DNA of 64,000 nucleotides from Octopus vulgaris (taxonomy: Eukaryota): contig OX597819.1 in the NCBI GenBank assembly GCA_951406725.2, forward strand, positions 124,372,001-124,436,000, in the 5' to 3' direction. Positions 12,712 through 26,123 of the stretch are shown here, in pieces (the stretch's first letter is position 1; each line of letters begins with the position of its first letter). Both the position numbers and the translations under genes were made by a program. The notes beneath the pieces were generated by a model. It did not search any database and was not told where the DNA came from. It saw only the letters and a program-made list of their open reading frames with translations.

Positions 12712-13222
12712 ATAATTAATTCTTTTTATTGGCCACAAGGGCTGACAAACATGATTGGAAAACATAAAGGGACAAAACAGGACGAAAGGTTACAAAGGGT
12801 TTTATCCGTTTGTGAAAAAATTGTATAAAAACAGTGTAACAATCAAATAATATAACGACGAAAAACTCCCAATAGGGGGAGGCGTTGCAAAAGTTTCCTG
12901 GTGGAAAAAGCCAACAAGAGCCTTGTCAAAAGGGAGGGTAGAGAGCCCCTTTCTCCTTTTATAATACCTTTTTTCAATTACAGGCGAAACCTCGGAATTG
13001 GTCCATTTATACTGGCCATTCTTGCACAATTCACCCACCTTTCAGAAAACTTGCTATCGGACAGCACTCTCCTCTCTAACCTCATCTTCTTTTCAAGTGA
13101 AACTTGAAAAAGTTGATGAGGCCTTGACCAAAGAGGAAAGTGTCTGACTTTAACCCTTTCAAACAGGTCCACCATATAACCTCTTTCGCCACTAGGCACA
13201 GGAAAACGGCCTTGCCCTCCTT
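12712..13222 (-). mobile_element. L1/Tx1-type LINE 3' end fragment
   Basis: Minus-strand frames give VAKEVIWWT..KG....LINFFKFHLKRKMRLERRVLS..KFSERW, similar to the C-terminus of the 23362-25010 element. AATAAA-bearing tail. Confidence 0.65.
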
Positions 13223-13747
13223 GTTAATCATTTCTGCTATAAGCACAAAACCTGAAATTTGGTGGGAGGGGTTTAACTGGTACCTATTTTATCAACCCCG
13301 AAATGATGAAAGGCAAAGTAGATCTCAGCAGAATTTGAACTCAGAATGCAAAGATGAATGAAATATTACCAAGCATTTTGCAGCAATAATAATAAAAATA
13401 ATAAGCTTTTCTACTATAGGCACAAGGCCTGAAATTCTGGTGGGGGTGGGGGTAGTTGATTAGATTGGTCCCAGAAGTATGAAAGGAACGGTCGGAATTT
13501 GATGAAATTTGGACATAGAACAGGAAGATGGAGAAAATGCTGCTGAGTCTTTTGCACAGCATGCTAACCATTCTGCCATCTTCATGATAATAGTAGTGAT
13601 AATAATATTGTTTTCTTTATTAACCATTAAGGGTTCACAAAATGCATTAGGGACAGTACAGGACAATACAATGTGGGATTACATAGAAGGCATGTCAAAA
13701 GTGAAAAACAGTAATAATATAAAATTATAACAATGAACCATATGAAT

Positions 13748-14148
13748 GAGATCGTTGCCAGAGCAACAAGCTGGCCTTCGTGCTGATGGCACGTTTAAGC
13801 AAACCATTCAAGTGTGATCAATACCGCGTCGCCTTACTAGCACTTGTGCTGTTGGCATGTGAAACATTCGAATGAGGTCGTCACCAGTGCCGCTGGACTG
13901 GCTCCTGTGCAGGTGGCACATAAAAAAGCACCATTTGGGTGTGGCCGTTGCCAGTACCACCTAACTGGCCCCGTGCCGGTGGCATGTAAAAGCACCCACT
14001 ACACTCTCGGAGTGGTTGGCATTAGGAAGGGCATCAAGCTGTAGAAACTCTGCCAGATCAGATTGGAGTCTGGTTCGCCAGACCTCAGTCAAATCGTCCA
14101 ACCCATGCTAGCATAGAAAGCGGACATTAAATGATGATGATGATGATG
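13748..14148 (+). mobile_element. RTE 3' UTR/tail (family A)
   Basis: Modules and tail. Confidence 0.8.
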
Positions 14149-14149
14149 A

Positions 14150-14485
14150 ATGATTCTCCAAAAGAGGGAGATTTCCAAGGGCTGTTTATGGAGACACCAC
14201 AAAACCACACACTCCCTGATCATGAGGGCAGATATTCTCTTCACATCATCCTTCTTCGACCTATGTTCAAATTAGGCCCATTCTTGCAACAATCACCCAC
14301 CTTATAAAAAAATTTCCTGGAGGCAGCACTTTCCTTTTCAAGTGAAACTTCAAAAAGTTAATGAGGGTTTGGCCAAAGAGGAAAGCATCTGTCTTCAGCC
14401 CTTTCAATCTGGTCCACCACACAACCTCTTTCACTAAGGTTACCAGGCAAAGAAATGCTGCCTACTATTCCTGGCCAAAGGAAGG
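14150..14485 (-). mobile_element. Second L1/Tx1 3' fragment
   Basis: Nucleotide similarity to 13010-13220 (TTCTTGCAC..TCACCCACC, TTCAAGTGAAACTT, GGTCCACCA). Confidence 0.6.
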
Positions 14486-15252
14486 CAGCAAGATAATCTT
14501 CACAGTAATAATAACACTAATGGTTTCTCATTTAGACACAAGATCAACAATTTTAAGAGAAATTCTGTTGAGACCACTGAAGCCAATAATGGTACTTTAT
14601 CTTATCGACTCCAGGAGGGGGAAAAGCAAAATTGACCTCACTGGGATTAGAACTGAGAAGAAATACTGCAAAGTATTTTTTTATTATAATAGCAATGGTT
14701 TCAAATTTTGGCATAAGGTCAGCAAGTTGGGTGGGAAGCAGGGGGTAAGTTGATTACATCGACCCCCGGTGCTCAACTAGTTCTGATTTTATCAACCCTG
14801 AAAGGATGAAAGGCAAAATCAATCTCAGTGGGATTTGAACTCAGAACAAAAATGGATGAAATGCCACTAAGCCTTTTGCCCAGCATACTAACAATTCTGT
14901 CAGCAATTTTAGAGGAAGGAGTGTTTGTTGATTATATTGACCGCAGAGGGACGAAGAGCAAAGTTGACCTTGGTGGTACTTGAACTCAGAACAAAGTTAA
15001 AAGAAATGCATTTTGACCAATATGCTAGCAGTTCTGCCAGTTTGTTGCCTTTTGAGAATTGTTTCAAATTTTAGCACAAGGCCAGCAAATTAAGAGAAGA
15101 GGAAAGTTGATTACATCAACTCCAGTATTTAGTTGGTTCGTTGTTTTATCAAACTTAAAAGGATGAAAGGCATAAAAAGCACCAACCGATCGTGGCTGTT
15201 GCCAGCCTCCCCTGGCCCATGTACCGGTGGCACGTAAAATGCACCCACTACA

Positions 15253-15512
15253 TCATTCATCATCATTGTTCGACCATGGTCGAGACAATGGAATTTACCA
15301 TGCTACGCCAGACTTCACGGTCCATCATGGCATTACGGATGTCCTGTTGCTGGATGCCTGTATCCCTGGAGATTACATCAGGGTAGGAGAGTGTGCGCCC
15401 TCTGGTATTGCAAGCAGATGGCTTCCAGAGGAGAAGAGTAGAAATTACCTCTTTTTCAGCTCTACAACAATGTCCAGCAAACTGGACTCTCTTACCTTTC
15501 ACAAGAGATGAC
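15253..15512 (-). mobile_element. RTE/RTE-X-like LINE 3' end inserted in a family A tail
   Basis: VKGKRVQFAGHCCRA...LLWKP...DREVWR and (GAT)n tail. It interrupts CCCACTACA|...GTGGTTGGCGTTAGG. Confidence 0.7.
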
Positions 15513-16139
15513 ACAGGGGTGGTTGGCGTTAGGAAGGGCATTCCATCCTTTCTAATGACTTGTTACTGAAATAATGGACACGACTCATCCAGTCCTACGA
15601 TATTCCATTCCTAAAATTAACTCTTAAAATATAAAACAGGCATCAAAAATTAACCCTATTTTTTTTCCCAATTGAAAACTATTCCTATTTCTGTTTCATG
15701 AACACCAAAAACTACATCGTTTCAGACATCCCAGTCTTTCATTTACTGGATTGATTTGATAGACAAATATTATGGCGATAAGGAGTTGGTAGCGGTGGTG
15801 TTGTGGGGGAAATAAATAGACAAATAAACAAAATGTTTATAAATTAACAATTTAAAAAATTACTACTTTATGAATCTTTTGGGGGTGGGTTACAAGAAGA
15901 TGCAAATCTATAAAAGGGGAAACAACTTTCTACACTTTCCTTTGTGTAGTTGCATTTAAAAACACATACATAGTCAAATAAATGCATTTAACAAACTAAA
16001 CTGTGTTCTGACACTAAAGAGTGTCAAACTGGAGATTTTGTTTTATTATTAGAACAAAAATAAGATGTCTTCATCTTGTGAGAGTATATATACATGCATG
16101 TGAATATATATGTAAGCACAATGAATGTTTGCTGAATTT

Positions 16140-17640
16140 TGTGGCATGTGTAAAAGGATTTGAGCGAGGTCGTTGCCAGTACCGCCTGACTGGCCCCTGT
16201 GCCGGTGGCATGTAAAAGCACCCACTACACTCTCGGTGTGGTTGGCGTTAGGAAGGGCATCCAGCTGTAGAAACTCTGCCAAATCAAGATTGGAGCCTGG
16301 TGCAGCCATCTGGCTCGCCAGCCCTCAGTCAAAATCGTCCAACCCATGCTAGCATGGAAAGCGGACGTTAAATGATGATGATGATGATGATGATTACTGA
16401 AGACAATTAAACAATATATTTGGGGTGCATCACCTTGGTAAAACCCATTCATTTTTCTCCAAGCTATATTCATAAGTGGAGTTGAATTCAGTGATACAAA
16501 TTAACACACTTGATAATTTTTCAAGTAACCCACCCCACCTCCCTTCAGTTAACTATATTATAATTGTATTTATTCGGGGTTATTATAAGCTAGTTCCTTG
16601 GTTACAGACTTATAATGCTGGCAATAGGATATGAATTTCCAATTCTTCAGCTCGCAGTCATATACACTTGTTTGTTCTACTATCCATGATGCGTGAGTAC
16701 ATGTGATATCTATTTTTATAACATTTTTATGCTATGAAATTACTTTGGGTAGCTTCCTCGCAGGACAGCCTCATGGCTCGCAGGACAGCCTACTGTGCTA
16801 ACCTTGGATCGTAGAGTGACCTGCTGTTCTTGAGAAGACATATTGAGTCGAGTACATCAACATCAAAATAAATATCAAATGGAAATTGTAGCTGTGATAC
16901 CTGTGCTGGTGGCACATAAAAAGCATCGTCCGAATGTGGCAGATGCCTGACTGGCGTCCGTGTCGGTGACACGTAAAAGCACCAACTGATTGTGGTCGTT
17001 TGCCAGCCTCCTCTGGCCCCTGTGCTGGTGGCATGTAAAAAGCACCCACTACACTCACGGAGTGGTTGGTGTTAGGAAGGGCATCCAGGTGTAGAAACAC
17101 TGCCAAACCAGACTGGAGCCTGGTGCAGCCTTCATGGTTACCAGACCCCGGTCGAACCGTCCAACCCATGCTAGCATAAAAAACGGACGTTATATGATGA
17201 TGATGATATTATCATCACCATTGCAGGTGGCACGTAAAAAGCACCCACTACACTCACGGAGTGGTTGGCGTTAGGAAGGGCATCCAGCTGTAGAAAAATT
17301 GCCAGATAAGACTGGAGCCTGGTGCAGCCTTCTGGCTTCCCAGATTCCCGGTCGAACCGTCCAACCCATGCTAGCATGGAGAACGGACGTTAAACGATGA
17401 TGATGATGATGATGATGATGATTATCATTTAATGTCCATTTTCCATACTGGCATGGGTTGGATAGTTTGAAAGGTGCTAACAAGGCCAGGGGCTCCACCA
17501 GGTTCCATGGTCTGTTTTGGCTTGGTTTCTACTACTGGATTCCCTTCCTAATGCTAAACACTTTACAGAGTGTACTCGGTGCTTTTTTCATGGCACCAGC
17601 ACCAGTGTTTTTTATGTGGTACCATAACCAGTACTTTTTG
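16140..17640. mobile_element. Cluster of RTE 3' tails: 16140-16392(+), 16762-17205(+), 17223-17421(+), 17410-17640(-)
   Basis: Family A modules and tails. Confidence 0.8.
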
Positions 17641-17869
17641 GGTGTTAGGGGATGAAACGTAGGTGGGAGAGAGAAGGCTGACAGGCCGGAGCCCCTCATA
17701 GACAAGCATTACCAAGGTGGTTTTAGGCTATGAATTCTGTGGTGGGTGAGTCTTGAGTACAAAAAGGTGCCAGACGTCTCAACCCTTTGTTATCTCCTTC
17801 ATAAGGTTCAGCATTTTGAGATCGGCTTTAGTTCTTCATACTATGTCTTTCTCTTTCACAATTTTCATC

Positions 17870-19745
17870 AACAATTCTGCACAAGCTACAGATTTAGTAG
17901 GTATTTATTTATTATCTGAACTTCAATTAGAAAATTTAAAGTTGGAGGGTGGTTTATATAGGGATGACCATTTATTACTTACTAGGGATTGTACAAATAG
18001 AAAATTAGAATTATATTAAAAGAAACTTTATGATTTCTTTAAAAGATATGGTTGAAGTATTACTATATAAAAGGAGAGCTATGTTAATTATTTAGATGTT
18101 AATTTTAATTTAATTATGGGTAAAACCCAACCATATCACAAATTTAATGAAAACCTTAGATATATAAATGCTAATAGTAATTACCCACCCTCAATTAAAA
18201 AATTTGTTGATAAATAATATTGGTAAAAGAATATCATTACTTTCTTATGATTTAGAGATCTCTCTCTATATAAACGGCAGTTTGTCTGTCTGTCAGGTTG
18301 TACCCTCACCCTGACCATGGCTTTCAACCGATTCTGATGAAACTTGACACACACATAGCCCAATGTCATAATTCAAAACTAACGCAGCGAAAATTTTGAA
18401 AAGTTCCCCTAGTTCTGAAAAAAATCGATAAATTTGACATGGGGTCGAGAATCTAAGCTTTTTATATGCAACACATTTTCTGTCGAGGGGACACAACTCG
18501 ACAGCTAGGGACAGCTAGGAACATCATATACACAGAAGTATTCGAGTGAAGAGAAGACATTGCAACCTACACATGCGCCTTCGTTCCCTAGAGGGAAAGG
18601 ACTAGATTGGGATTAGTCGTTGCCTACTAGGGGCTCTTACATACCCGGGCAACGCCGGGCTATGCTGCTAGTTTTCAATAAACATGCACCTTATTATAAT
18701 GAAGGTCTGTTAGAGGCAGGATATAATAATAATATTAAATTCTTTAATAATACTAATTATAATTATAATATAAAAGATTATAATTTTAATGATTTACATA
18801 ATAATAAAATTAAAAATTATGATAAGTTTTATTTAGATAATTATGGCCTTAAAAATAGATATTACGATAATACAAATCATAAGAATAATAATCAAAGAAA
18901 AAACAAAAATTAAAATAAGACTAATTTTAATTCAATGAATGATAATAATAATTTTAATAGTATTAAAAAGAAACATAATAATAATAATAATAATAATGAT
19001 GATATAAATAATAGGAATAAAATTTGTTTAATTGTTCGTTATGGAGCTCAAATAAAAACTAATATTATTAAAGAGATTTTAAATATAATTGAACAATTCG
19101 TTTGGGATAATAGAAAATATAATCAAATTTTTTCTAGTAATAATTTTGGAGTTCGTTATTCTACCACTAATAATGTAGGTAACATTATTTCTTCTTTTAA
19201 TAAATTTAAGTTGAATAAATTTTACAAAAAGGAAATTAAACAATGATTCCAATAATAGTAATAAAGATAACATTGTAATTAATTGCACATGTAGAGATAA
19301 AAATAAATGTATATTTAATAATAAATGTAATTTTCATGAGGTTGTTTATAAATGTATAGTTACTTTAATTGATGATAATAATGGGAATAATTATAACTTA
19401 AACGCAATCTATATAGGGTCTCTTCTAATAAAATTAAATGAAGGGTGGCTCAACATATGAATTCCTTTAAGAATAGAAATTTAACTAATTCTACTGGGCT
19501 TAGTAAATATATATATATGGGAACTTAAATCTAAACAAATTAAGTATAATTTAATGTGGGAGATAGTTTGTAAGGCAAAATCTTATAGTATAGGTAGTAA
19601 TTCTTGTTTATTATGTACTAATGAATTTAAGGAAATAATATTTAATAATCATAAATTGATTAAATCATTGGATGAGCATAAAATTAAATTTGGACATAAA
19701 TTACTTTACTTATATAATAAATTTTTAGATAAGTAGCAAGTATAT
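17870..19745 (+). mobile_element. Degenerate AT-rich Naiad-type Penelope-like element (RT to GIY-YIG)
   Basis: SAQATDLVGIYLL..GGLYRDD, NYLDVNF, SNYPP, FNKHAPYYN, C.C...C...C...VVYKC, WEIV.KA..Y......CLLC..E. Multiple stops and frameshifts. Confidence 0.8.
18259..18671 (+). mobile_element. Non-autonomous Helitron
   Basis: 5' TC, subterminal hairpin CCCGGGCAACGCCGGG (18644-18659), 3' CTAG, inserted between A and T with no TSD. Removal restores the PLE frame ...DLEIFNKHAPYYN. Confidence 0.85.
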
Positions 19746-20312
19746 TTAAACCCTATTTTTGTTACTAATTTGCTGTAGTTATAAGTGGTAGTATTAAGTT
19801 TGAAGGGTGCTTTTTATATGTGGATAGGATGACTTTTTCTCTCTACAAAAGTCCAACTCAGCATAGTCTCCATCAGAAGCAATGCATTTATGCCATCACT
19901 GAACTCAACTCTTAAAATCTTCTTTGAAAAAAATTCAGGTGTGTAAAGTAGTACCCACTTCTTCACTACCATGTTTGCCTTGTCTGTGTCTTCAAATCTT
20001 TGTCCCTGAAGACTGTTCTTCACTGCAGAAAAGGTAGATGTCAGCACAGATCCAGGCCAAACAGTGGATGAAGCGCCACAGACCAAATCACTTTGTCTGT
20101 TGCCTAATTTGTTGCCCAAAGATGTGTGTAGCCATGCATTTTCATGATATGGACCATTTTCCTCCCAATGGGTTCGTAATCTTTTTGAGTTTCTTGGTGT
20201 ACTACGACTTGCTGTTCTTGGTACAGCCTTATTCTAGAAAATCAAAAGCAATAATGTCCTTGTCCTACCAAAAAATAGCCACCATGACTTTCTTTGCTCA
20301 TTGCTCACTCTT

Positions 20313-20862
20313 AAGTTAAGTTAATTTTTTGGCTCAAAAAGCAAAAAGCAAGGCCATGTAGGGGGACATGGAGTTATGTACAGGGTGGTGTTCATGCAAA
20401 GAGTTCAGGCCATTTGTGGTCAAGGGAGACTTTGAACCGAGTGGTCGTCGGCATCTTCACTATCTCGTCCAGCAGCTTATTCCACGGATCCGCAACCCGG
20501 ACGGAGAAAGCCCCTCTCCTTCAATTGAGATGAAATCGTCGCAGATAGAGCTTTTTGGAGTGACCCTGCAGCCGACACTCTGGAGCAGAGGTTACACTTT
20601 CCGCTTATGATGTTGTGAGCAAGAATGAGATCACCATGGCATCGTCGTTTTTCTAGAGAATAAAGGTCAAGCGTCTTCAGCCTTTCTTCATAAGACAAAT
20701 GCTTGAGACCAATAACCATGCGGGTAGCCAGCTTCTGGACTCTTTCGAGATGATGTATGTCTTTGAGGAGATAAGGAGAAGAGGCTTGAATCCCATACTC
20801 CAATATGGGTCTCACCAGTGTGACATAGAGCTGTAGGAATATGGCTGCTGTGATCATCTTAG
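20313..20862 (-). mobile_element. CR1-clade LINE 3' end
   Basis: LYVTLVRPILEYG...LERVQKLATR...LSYEERLK.L.L.SLEKRR..GDLI; short TAAC-type tail. Confidence 0.85.
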
Positions 20863-21029
20863 GCAAAAAAAAATGGCATGATGCCTTTTCATAGACTGAG
20901 CCCTTGTTTCAAAATCATAAAAATTACATCCATGTTTCATGCCCTCACCAGATTAGAAAAAGACCATGTCTTCGTTGTCTTCAAATATTCCAACTGCTGA
21001 AAGACCCACTTTGCACATACACTATCTGA

Positions 21030-21400
21030 TCATCATCATCATCATCATCGTTCAATGTCCGCTTTCCATGCTAGCATGGGTTGGACGTATGACTGAGGGC
21101 TGGCGAACCAGATAGCTGCACCAGGCTTCAGTCTTGATCTGGTAGAGTTTCTACAGCTGGATGCTCTTCCTAACGCCAACCACTCTGAGAGTGTAGTGGA
21201 TACTTTTACGTGCCACTAGCTTGGGGCCAGTCAGGCGACGCTAACAACAACCTCGCTGGAATCTTTTACACATGCCACCGGCGCGAGTGCCAGTAAGGTG
21301 ATGCTGGTAAAGATCATGCTCGAATGGTGTTTTTTTACATGCCACCAGCAAGGAGGCCAGATAGCCACTCTGGCAATGATCACACGTTAGCCGCTACGAG
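21030..21400 (-). mobile_element. RTE 3' UTR/tail (family A)
   Basis: (CAT)n followed by the reverse complement of the tail. Confidence 0.8.
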
Positions 21401-22185
21401 GGTTTTCCAGAACACATTCTAGTTGTGCAAATGAATTTGTCCAGTGGTTTGTGATTCATGCTAATGGTTATAGTTGATGGTTTTCCACCTTTTTAAACTT
21501 TCTTTATCCATACGTGCACATTTCCCCTTGTCAATGGTGTCATCTCTGTAAAACTACTTGTAGCATTCTGTAGATATCAGACAGTTTGTACCCTTCATTA
21601 GGGAGAACTCAATGACAGTATGTTTCTGCTTAGAAACCCCTTATGTTCCTGGAATGAAAAACAAGAAGAAGAGTTACTAGAGAGGAAAAGTTACTCTACC
21701 ACGTTCCCTTAGAATGACTTGTATCAATTCATAAACAAATTACAAAAGTTATACGTATTTTTTGTATTAGTTTCAATACAACTCTTGTGTGTGCCTACGT
21801 GTGTGTGTGTGTGTGTGTGAAAAGAGAGAGAGGAAAAGAAATTGTGAAAAGAGTGAGTAGATAAGCAGGAAGAGAGGGAAACTATTCATATTACTGCTTG
21901 ACCTATTTTCAGAATGTTGTTGTAGCAATATTGATCTTATGGCTGAATTTATGCTCAGACAATTTAATGCTTAAAAAACTCTTACTCCTGAAGTTTTGTT
22001 TCACTAAATGCATTTAACATGGCTTTAAAACTATAAGTATAATGGCATTTGATTCAAATGAATTTACTTATACTCGGTAGCCCAAAGTCAGGTCCATATT
22101 TTAGATTTAAAAAATATATATATATAAAAATAAATTTTTAACGTAATCCATTAAATATGGTGTTTTCTAAAGCTATTCTCTTATA

Positions 22186-22420
22186 CTTATTTCTTTACTA
22201 CCCACAAGGAGCTAAACACAGAGGGGACAAACAAGGACAGACAGACAGATTAAGTCAATTATATCGACTCCAGTGTGTAACTGGTACTTAATTTATCGAC
22301 CCCGAAAGGATAAAAGGCAAAGTCGACCTTGGCGGAATTTGAACTCAGAACGTAACGGCAGACGAAATACAGCTACGCATTTCGCCTGGCATGCTAACGG
22401 TTCTGCCAGTTCGCCGCCTT
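22186..22420 (-). mobile_element. SINE family B
   Basis: Full reverse-complement copy; TCTTATAC repeated in both flanks. Confidence 0.85.
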
Positions 22421-22533
22421 TTTCTTATACCTGTATCTCACAAATTTGTTTGAGTTGTTTAAAATGTCTTGAGTGATTCCCAGTAATTTCCAACTGGATA
22501 CTTTCTGTCATTATCATCAACATTTAATACCCA

Positions 22534-22905
22534 CTAGCTCTATGACCCAGCAACGCTGGGTCATAGTGCTAGTGCATGCATATACAGCTGCATGCATGCG
22601 CACATACACGTGAGTACTGTCCAAATCTCTGACCAATCGCATACAGCTAGCTGGCATTCAACTGGCGTATCAAGTTTCGAGCATTTTGATTGGGTTTTGG
22701 GTTTGGAAAATTCACAAAAAAGTCATTTCTATTGATTTTTTTTAATGGCTTTGCGGGGTGACTGGGGAAATGTAAAGATGTGCACGACCACCCTTGGACG
22801 GATTTGAATGACCATAGAATGTGCGAGCCCTCTAACTGAAAATTTGTGGATTTGTATAAAGGACACACACACAGACAGACACTCTGCCGTTTATATATAG
22901 AGAGA
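22534..22905 (-). mobile_element. Non-autonomous Helitron inserted in an RTE tail
   Basis: Same 5' end as 18259 (TCTCTCTATAT(AT)AAACGGCAG..TGTCTGTCTGT), terminal hairpin + CTAG, A|T site. Removal restores the RTE tail ...CCA|TTTTCCATG. Confidence 0.85.
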
Positions 22906-23361
22906 TTTTCCATGTTGGCCTGGATTGGACACAGCTTGACCAGAGCTGGCAAAGCCAGGGGCTGCACAAGATTCCATGGTGTGTTTTGGCTCAGTTTCAA
23001 TGTCTGGATGCCCTTCCTAACACCAAGCACTCTAAAGAGTGTACTGGATGCTTTTTATGTGGCACCATCATCAGTGCTTTTTATGTGGCACCAGTACCCA
23101 CACCAGTGCCTTTTATGTGGCACTTTGGTTTTAGGATCTCAATTCTGTTGTGGTGGGCAGGTCTTCTCAAGTCCAGCAGTGTGTCACATATCTCAGTCCT
23201 CTGTCATCTCCTTTGAGATTAGCTTTCAGTACTTCATCCCATGTCTTCCTCTTCCGCAATTCTCTCCACTTTAAGTGATAAGATCAGCACTTCTTTATGC
23301 GACCACCCTCATCCATACACATCACATGACCAAACCAGTGCAGTCTCCTCCTCTTATACCC

Positions 23362-25010
23362 AACTTGGTTGGCAGATCGATACAGACTTGATAATCCGAG
23401 CGTTCCAATAAGGACTTGGTCTAATAACGATGGATCTATCAGGTCTTATATAGACAGGATAATAGTTAATGCTAGAGATAAGTCTAGTTTAAGCTGTTCA
23501 CAGTTTACCTATTTACCCTACACAGAACACAAATTAGTGACGTGTAGGCTGCATATAGACAAGGTTCATAGACAGGGATCTGGCTACTGGAAGTTGAACA
23601 AGTCCCTATTGGATTGCAAAACTTACCATAGCCAGATTAAGGTGTTAGTAATGAGGGCACTAACCGACTCTGTGATTAACAACTGGTGGTGAAGTGCCCT
23701 CAAAAGAGCCATTCAACTTGAGTCGATTAGATTTAGCAAGCAGTTAAGTCTGGAGCAGACTAGAGAAGAAAGGAAATTAGTTAAAGCTTTAGAAGAGGCG
23801 CTGAGGATGGGCACTGCACCCCAAGTGTTGGCAGCGAGATCGGCCCTGGACCAACAGCATATGCAGATGATGTTACCATCATTGTGTCTAATGAAGGGCA
23901 GCTACCTCGTGTAGAAGACACCATCAAAGGATATGAAGCAGTGGCAAAAATTAACCAGGAGAAATCAGTCAGCTTGCAACTTGGCACCTGGCGTGGCAAG
24001 TCACTGCCTCCCAACAGCATCATCGGACGCTGGACGGAGACCTAGTTAAATTGCTCGGAATCTGGTTTGGACCAGATCTCCAGGTAGAGAAAAACTGGAG
24101 TGAGGTGGGGAGCAAGATGACGGCCATAACCCAGACCTGGTCTAGGAGGACGTTATCTTTGCTAGGAAGGGCCGAGGTTGCACAGGTGTTTGTAAGCATC
24201 GGTGATAATCCACCGCCTAACTGTTGTGCCTTGCCCCAGTTTGTGGCTGACCAAGTTGGAACGGATCCTTTTCCACTTTTTGTGGAAAGGGAAAATGTCA
24301 CTTGTGAGGCGCTCCATCTGCTGCCAAAAACCATTAAAGGGTGGACTATGAATGCCAAGCAACTCTTTCCACAATTGAAGCCCCTCAGGGACTTAGGTAC
24401 ATGGATCAAGTAGAGACCTGGGATGGGAGAATGGCAGAGGGAGTGCAGACAAGCACTCACTCTGTTCTCTCATGCAAGCAATGCTGGCAGCAAGGTTACC
24501 ACTGTGGATTTTTATAGAGGGTTGGTAGAGCATAAGTCCAACGATGTCCTGGGGGAAACTCTGGGCTTCGATGAGGAGCAACTGACCAACCTGTTCAGAA
24601 GGACATTTGGGCTGAGGTATCTGGATAACTTCCAGAAATCCTTGGCTTGGTTGTGCTACCGATTGGCCTTACCGGTTCGAGAGAGGTTATCTAGACACGG
24701 TTTTGACACCTCCCCCACATGCCTAAGGTGCGGGCACGTCAGTGAAACTGTCACGCACGCCTTCGTACACTGTGAGGAGTTGATAACTTATGTCGAACAA
24801 CAGATGTTGGATGCAGAAAGAATATGGCTCTCGACTGAGTCCATGATTAAGATCGTACTGCCTTCTTCCTTCGACAAGGAAAAGAAGGCATCTTTTTTCT
24901 GCGTAGTAGCCATACTGACAGAAACGGTATGGACGACACGAGTGAAAAGGATTGGGACAGGTCACTTCATCTCTGGACACGGGTTGGTAAGTTATTTCAA
25001 CTTCCACCTG
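23362..25010 (+). mobile_element. L1/Tx1-type LINE ORF2 remnant with internal deletions
   Basis: APE end (SYIDRI, EHKLV, GSGYWKLNKSLL), RT AYADDVTI, KLLGIWFG, C-terminal zinc motif C..C....ET..HAF..C. Confidence 0.85.
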
Positions 25011-25522
25011 TTCTGGGTTATTTTTTATGGTTAACCCGCCGTTTTTTTTCTTTTTTCCTTCTTTTTACCTTGACCAGCTATGCTAGCGCAGCCCCATTCA
25101 TCCTCAGCTTCCTTACTACAGAATCAATCTTTTTTCCGAACACACATTGCGACAGGCACCTTTTCACACGGACGTCACAAATTGGTGACCCATTCCAGCT
25201 CCTTGAAACTACAAAATTATAAGGAGAGAAGGCGATACTCCACAGGTATCTAAACCTTCAATTCCATTAGGAATGTAGCTCAAGTAATTTTAGAAATGTA
25301 GTCTTCAGTGGTACAACAGATTTCTTTGATCTCCAGTGCATCACAAAATCATAAAGATTGAGAATCACTGATCCAGAATATGCAAGGTACTTAAGTTCTT
25401 TGTAGGCTGAAATAGCAATCCAATTTTAATTCCCAACTGCAACAAATTTATATTGTAAAGACACAATTATATTGATGACACAACGAAATCCCTTTAGTTA
25501 ATCTATATAAATAACTCTTCTC

Positions 25523-25640
25523 TCGGGTCGATAAATAAAGTACCAGTTTCGCACTGGGATCGATGTAATCGACTTAATCCCTTTGTCTGTCCTTGTTTGT
25601 CCCCTCTATGTTTAGCCCCTTGTGGGTAGTAAAGAAATAT
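25523..25640 (+). mobile_element. 5'-truncated SINE family B
   Basis: GGGTCGATAAATAAAGTACCAG...AAAGAAATA. Confidence 0.75.
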
Positions 25641-26072
25641 ATATAACTCTTGGCGATAAGACATCCCATACTAATTGGAAACTATGACAATTACATTTAA
25701 ATTAAACTGTCATAAAATTATTAAAATTTTAATTTTATTATGGTCACCTCCGGCACACATACACACGAAGGCCTTCCTCATAAAATCTTAGGCCGTGTAC
25801 TTTATGGGAAAATACCAATTATAAGGGAGCTATCCTTCACATTTAGACCATAAACTCAAGATAAAATTTTTAAAAATAACAAAATAGATACGAATACAAA
25901 TCGAAATTTCTAAATATTTATGTTTCTAAGTATAAAACGTAATTTTATAAAATGTATCTAACATAGTTGTTGAATCAAGTATAAATCCACAAGACTCGTT
26001 TGTTGCTATATATATATATATCTGAAGTATTTATTGTTTGCTTTAGAAAATTTAATGACATCCATGTTCGTA

Positions 26073-26123
<51 letters not shown>

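Larger units (their letters stand above)
19800..21787 (-). mobile_element. Degenerate mariner-type transposon remnant, interrupted by CR1 and RTE tail
   Basis: Minus-strand frames give KKVMVAIFW, and KNSLQGQRFEDTD...VKKW......FF with WHKC...GDY, typical of the mariner transposase C-terminus. Confidence 0.65.

Noticed and set aside
16959-16983. Resemblance of the RTE module to pistol ribozyme P1/pseudoknot/AAA
   Set aside because: No P2/P3 stems or conserved catalytic junction; kept only as a pseudoknot candidate.
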